DNA of 64,000 bases from Gammaproteobacteria bacterium (GTDB taxonomy: Bacteria > Pseudomonadota > Gammaproteobacteria > Eutrophobiales > Eutrophobiaceae): assembly GCA_947480335.1 (NCBI GenBank), contig CANKCB010000006.1, forward strand, positions 13,148 to 77,147, in the 5' to 3' direction. Below are positions 63,914 to 64,000 of the stretch, in pieces. Position 1 is the first letter of the stretch. Each line of letters begins with the position of its first letter. The position numbers and the translations under genes are program-made. The notes under the pieces are model-generated. The model was not told the DNA's origin and made no database searches. It saw only the letters and a program-made list of their open reading frames with translations.

Positions 63914-64000
63914 GCTGTCTGTGGTAATTGTTTAGCGTATCACCAGAAACGCGGCAGAATCTCCTCGAACAATCCTCAGTAACAATGGACCATCATACTG

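Overview
The window is a 64-kb chromosomal segment of a moderate-GC (about 47-50%) gammaproteobacterium. Core housekeeping genes predominate: parC, htpX, dcd, apbC/mrp divergent from metG, rnfABCDG, yhbY, lptD-surA-pdxA-rsmA, aroE, apaGH, folA-thyA-lgt, pckG, pgi, uvrA divergent from ssb, zapE, rmuC and oxyR. A HAD-family cbbY-like gene is also present. Together with a ferredoxin-type sulfite reductase plus DUF934 and a decayed pyruvate kinase, this suggests an autotrophic lifestyle, though that is inference. The conserved ksgA...apaGH operon is split by a roughly 13-kb block. That block carries a cNMP-rhodanese regulator, two amt genes, three PII (glnK/glnB) genes, two tandem TorF-family porins with a sigma54 promoter, ubiK, a frameshifted comM/yifB and a Fur-box TonB receptor. 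The most unusual region is a low-GC islet of about 5.4 kb (34.0-39.4 kb) between marC and folA. It holds a parDE toxin-antitoxin pair, a GNAT acetyltransferase, and several unannotatable genes: a possible PIN-like protein, a TPR-like 149-aa protein followed by a 285-aa protein with nuclease-like motifs, and three signal-peptide proteins. This islet is the best candidate for an undescribed defence or accessory system. Other signals are a dispersed C/T-rich intergenic repeat family (G-rich, G4-capable on the opposite strand), probable frameshifts in comM and marC, a pdxA without a canonical start, and rnf lacking rnfE. No CRISPR array, rRNA or tRNA was recognised.
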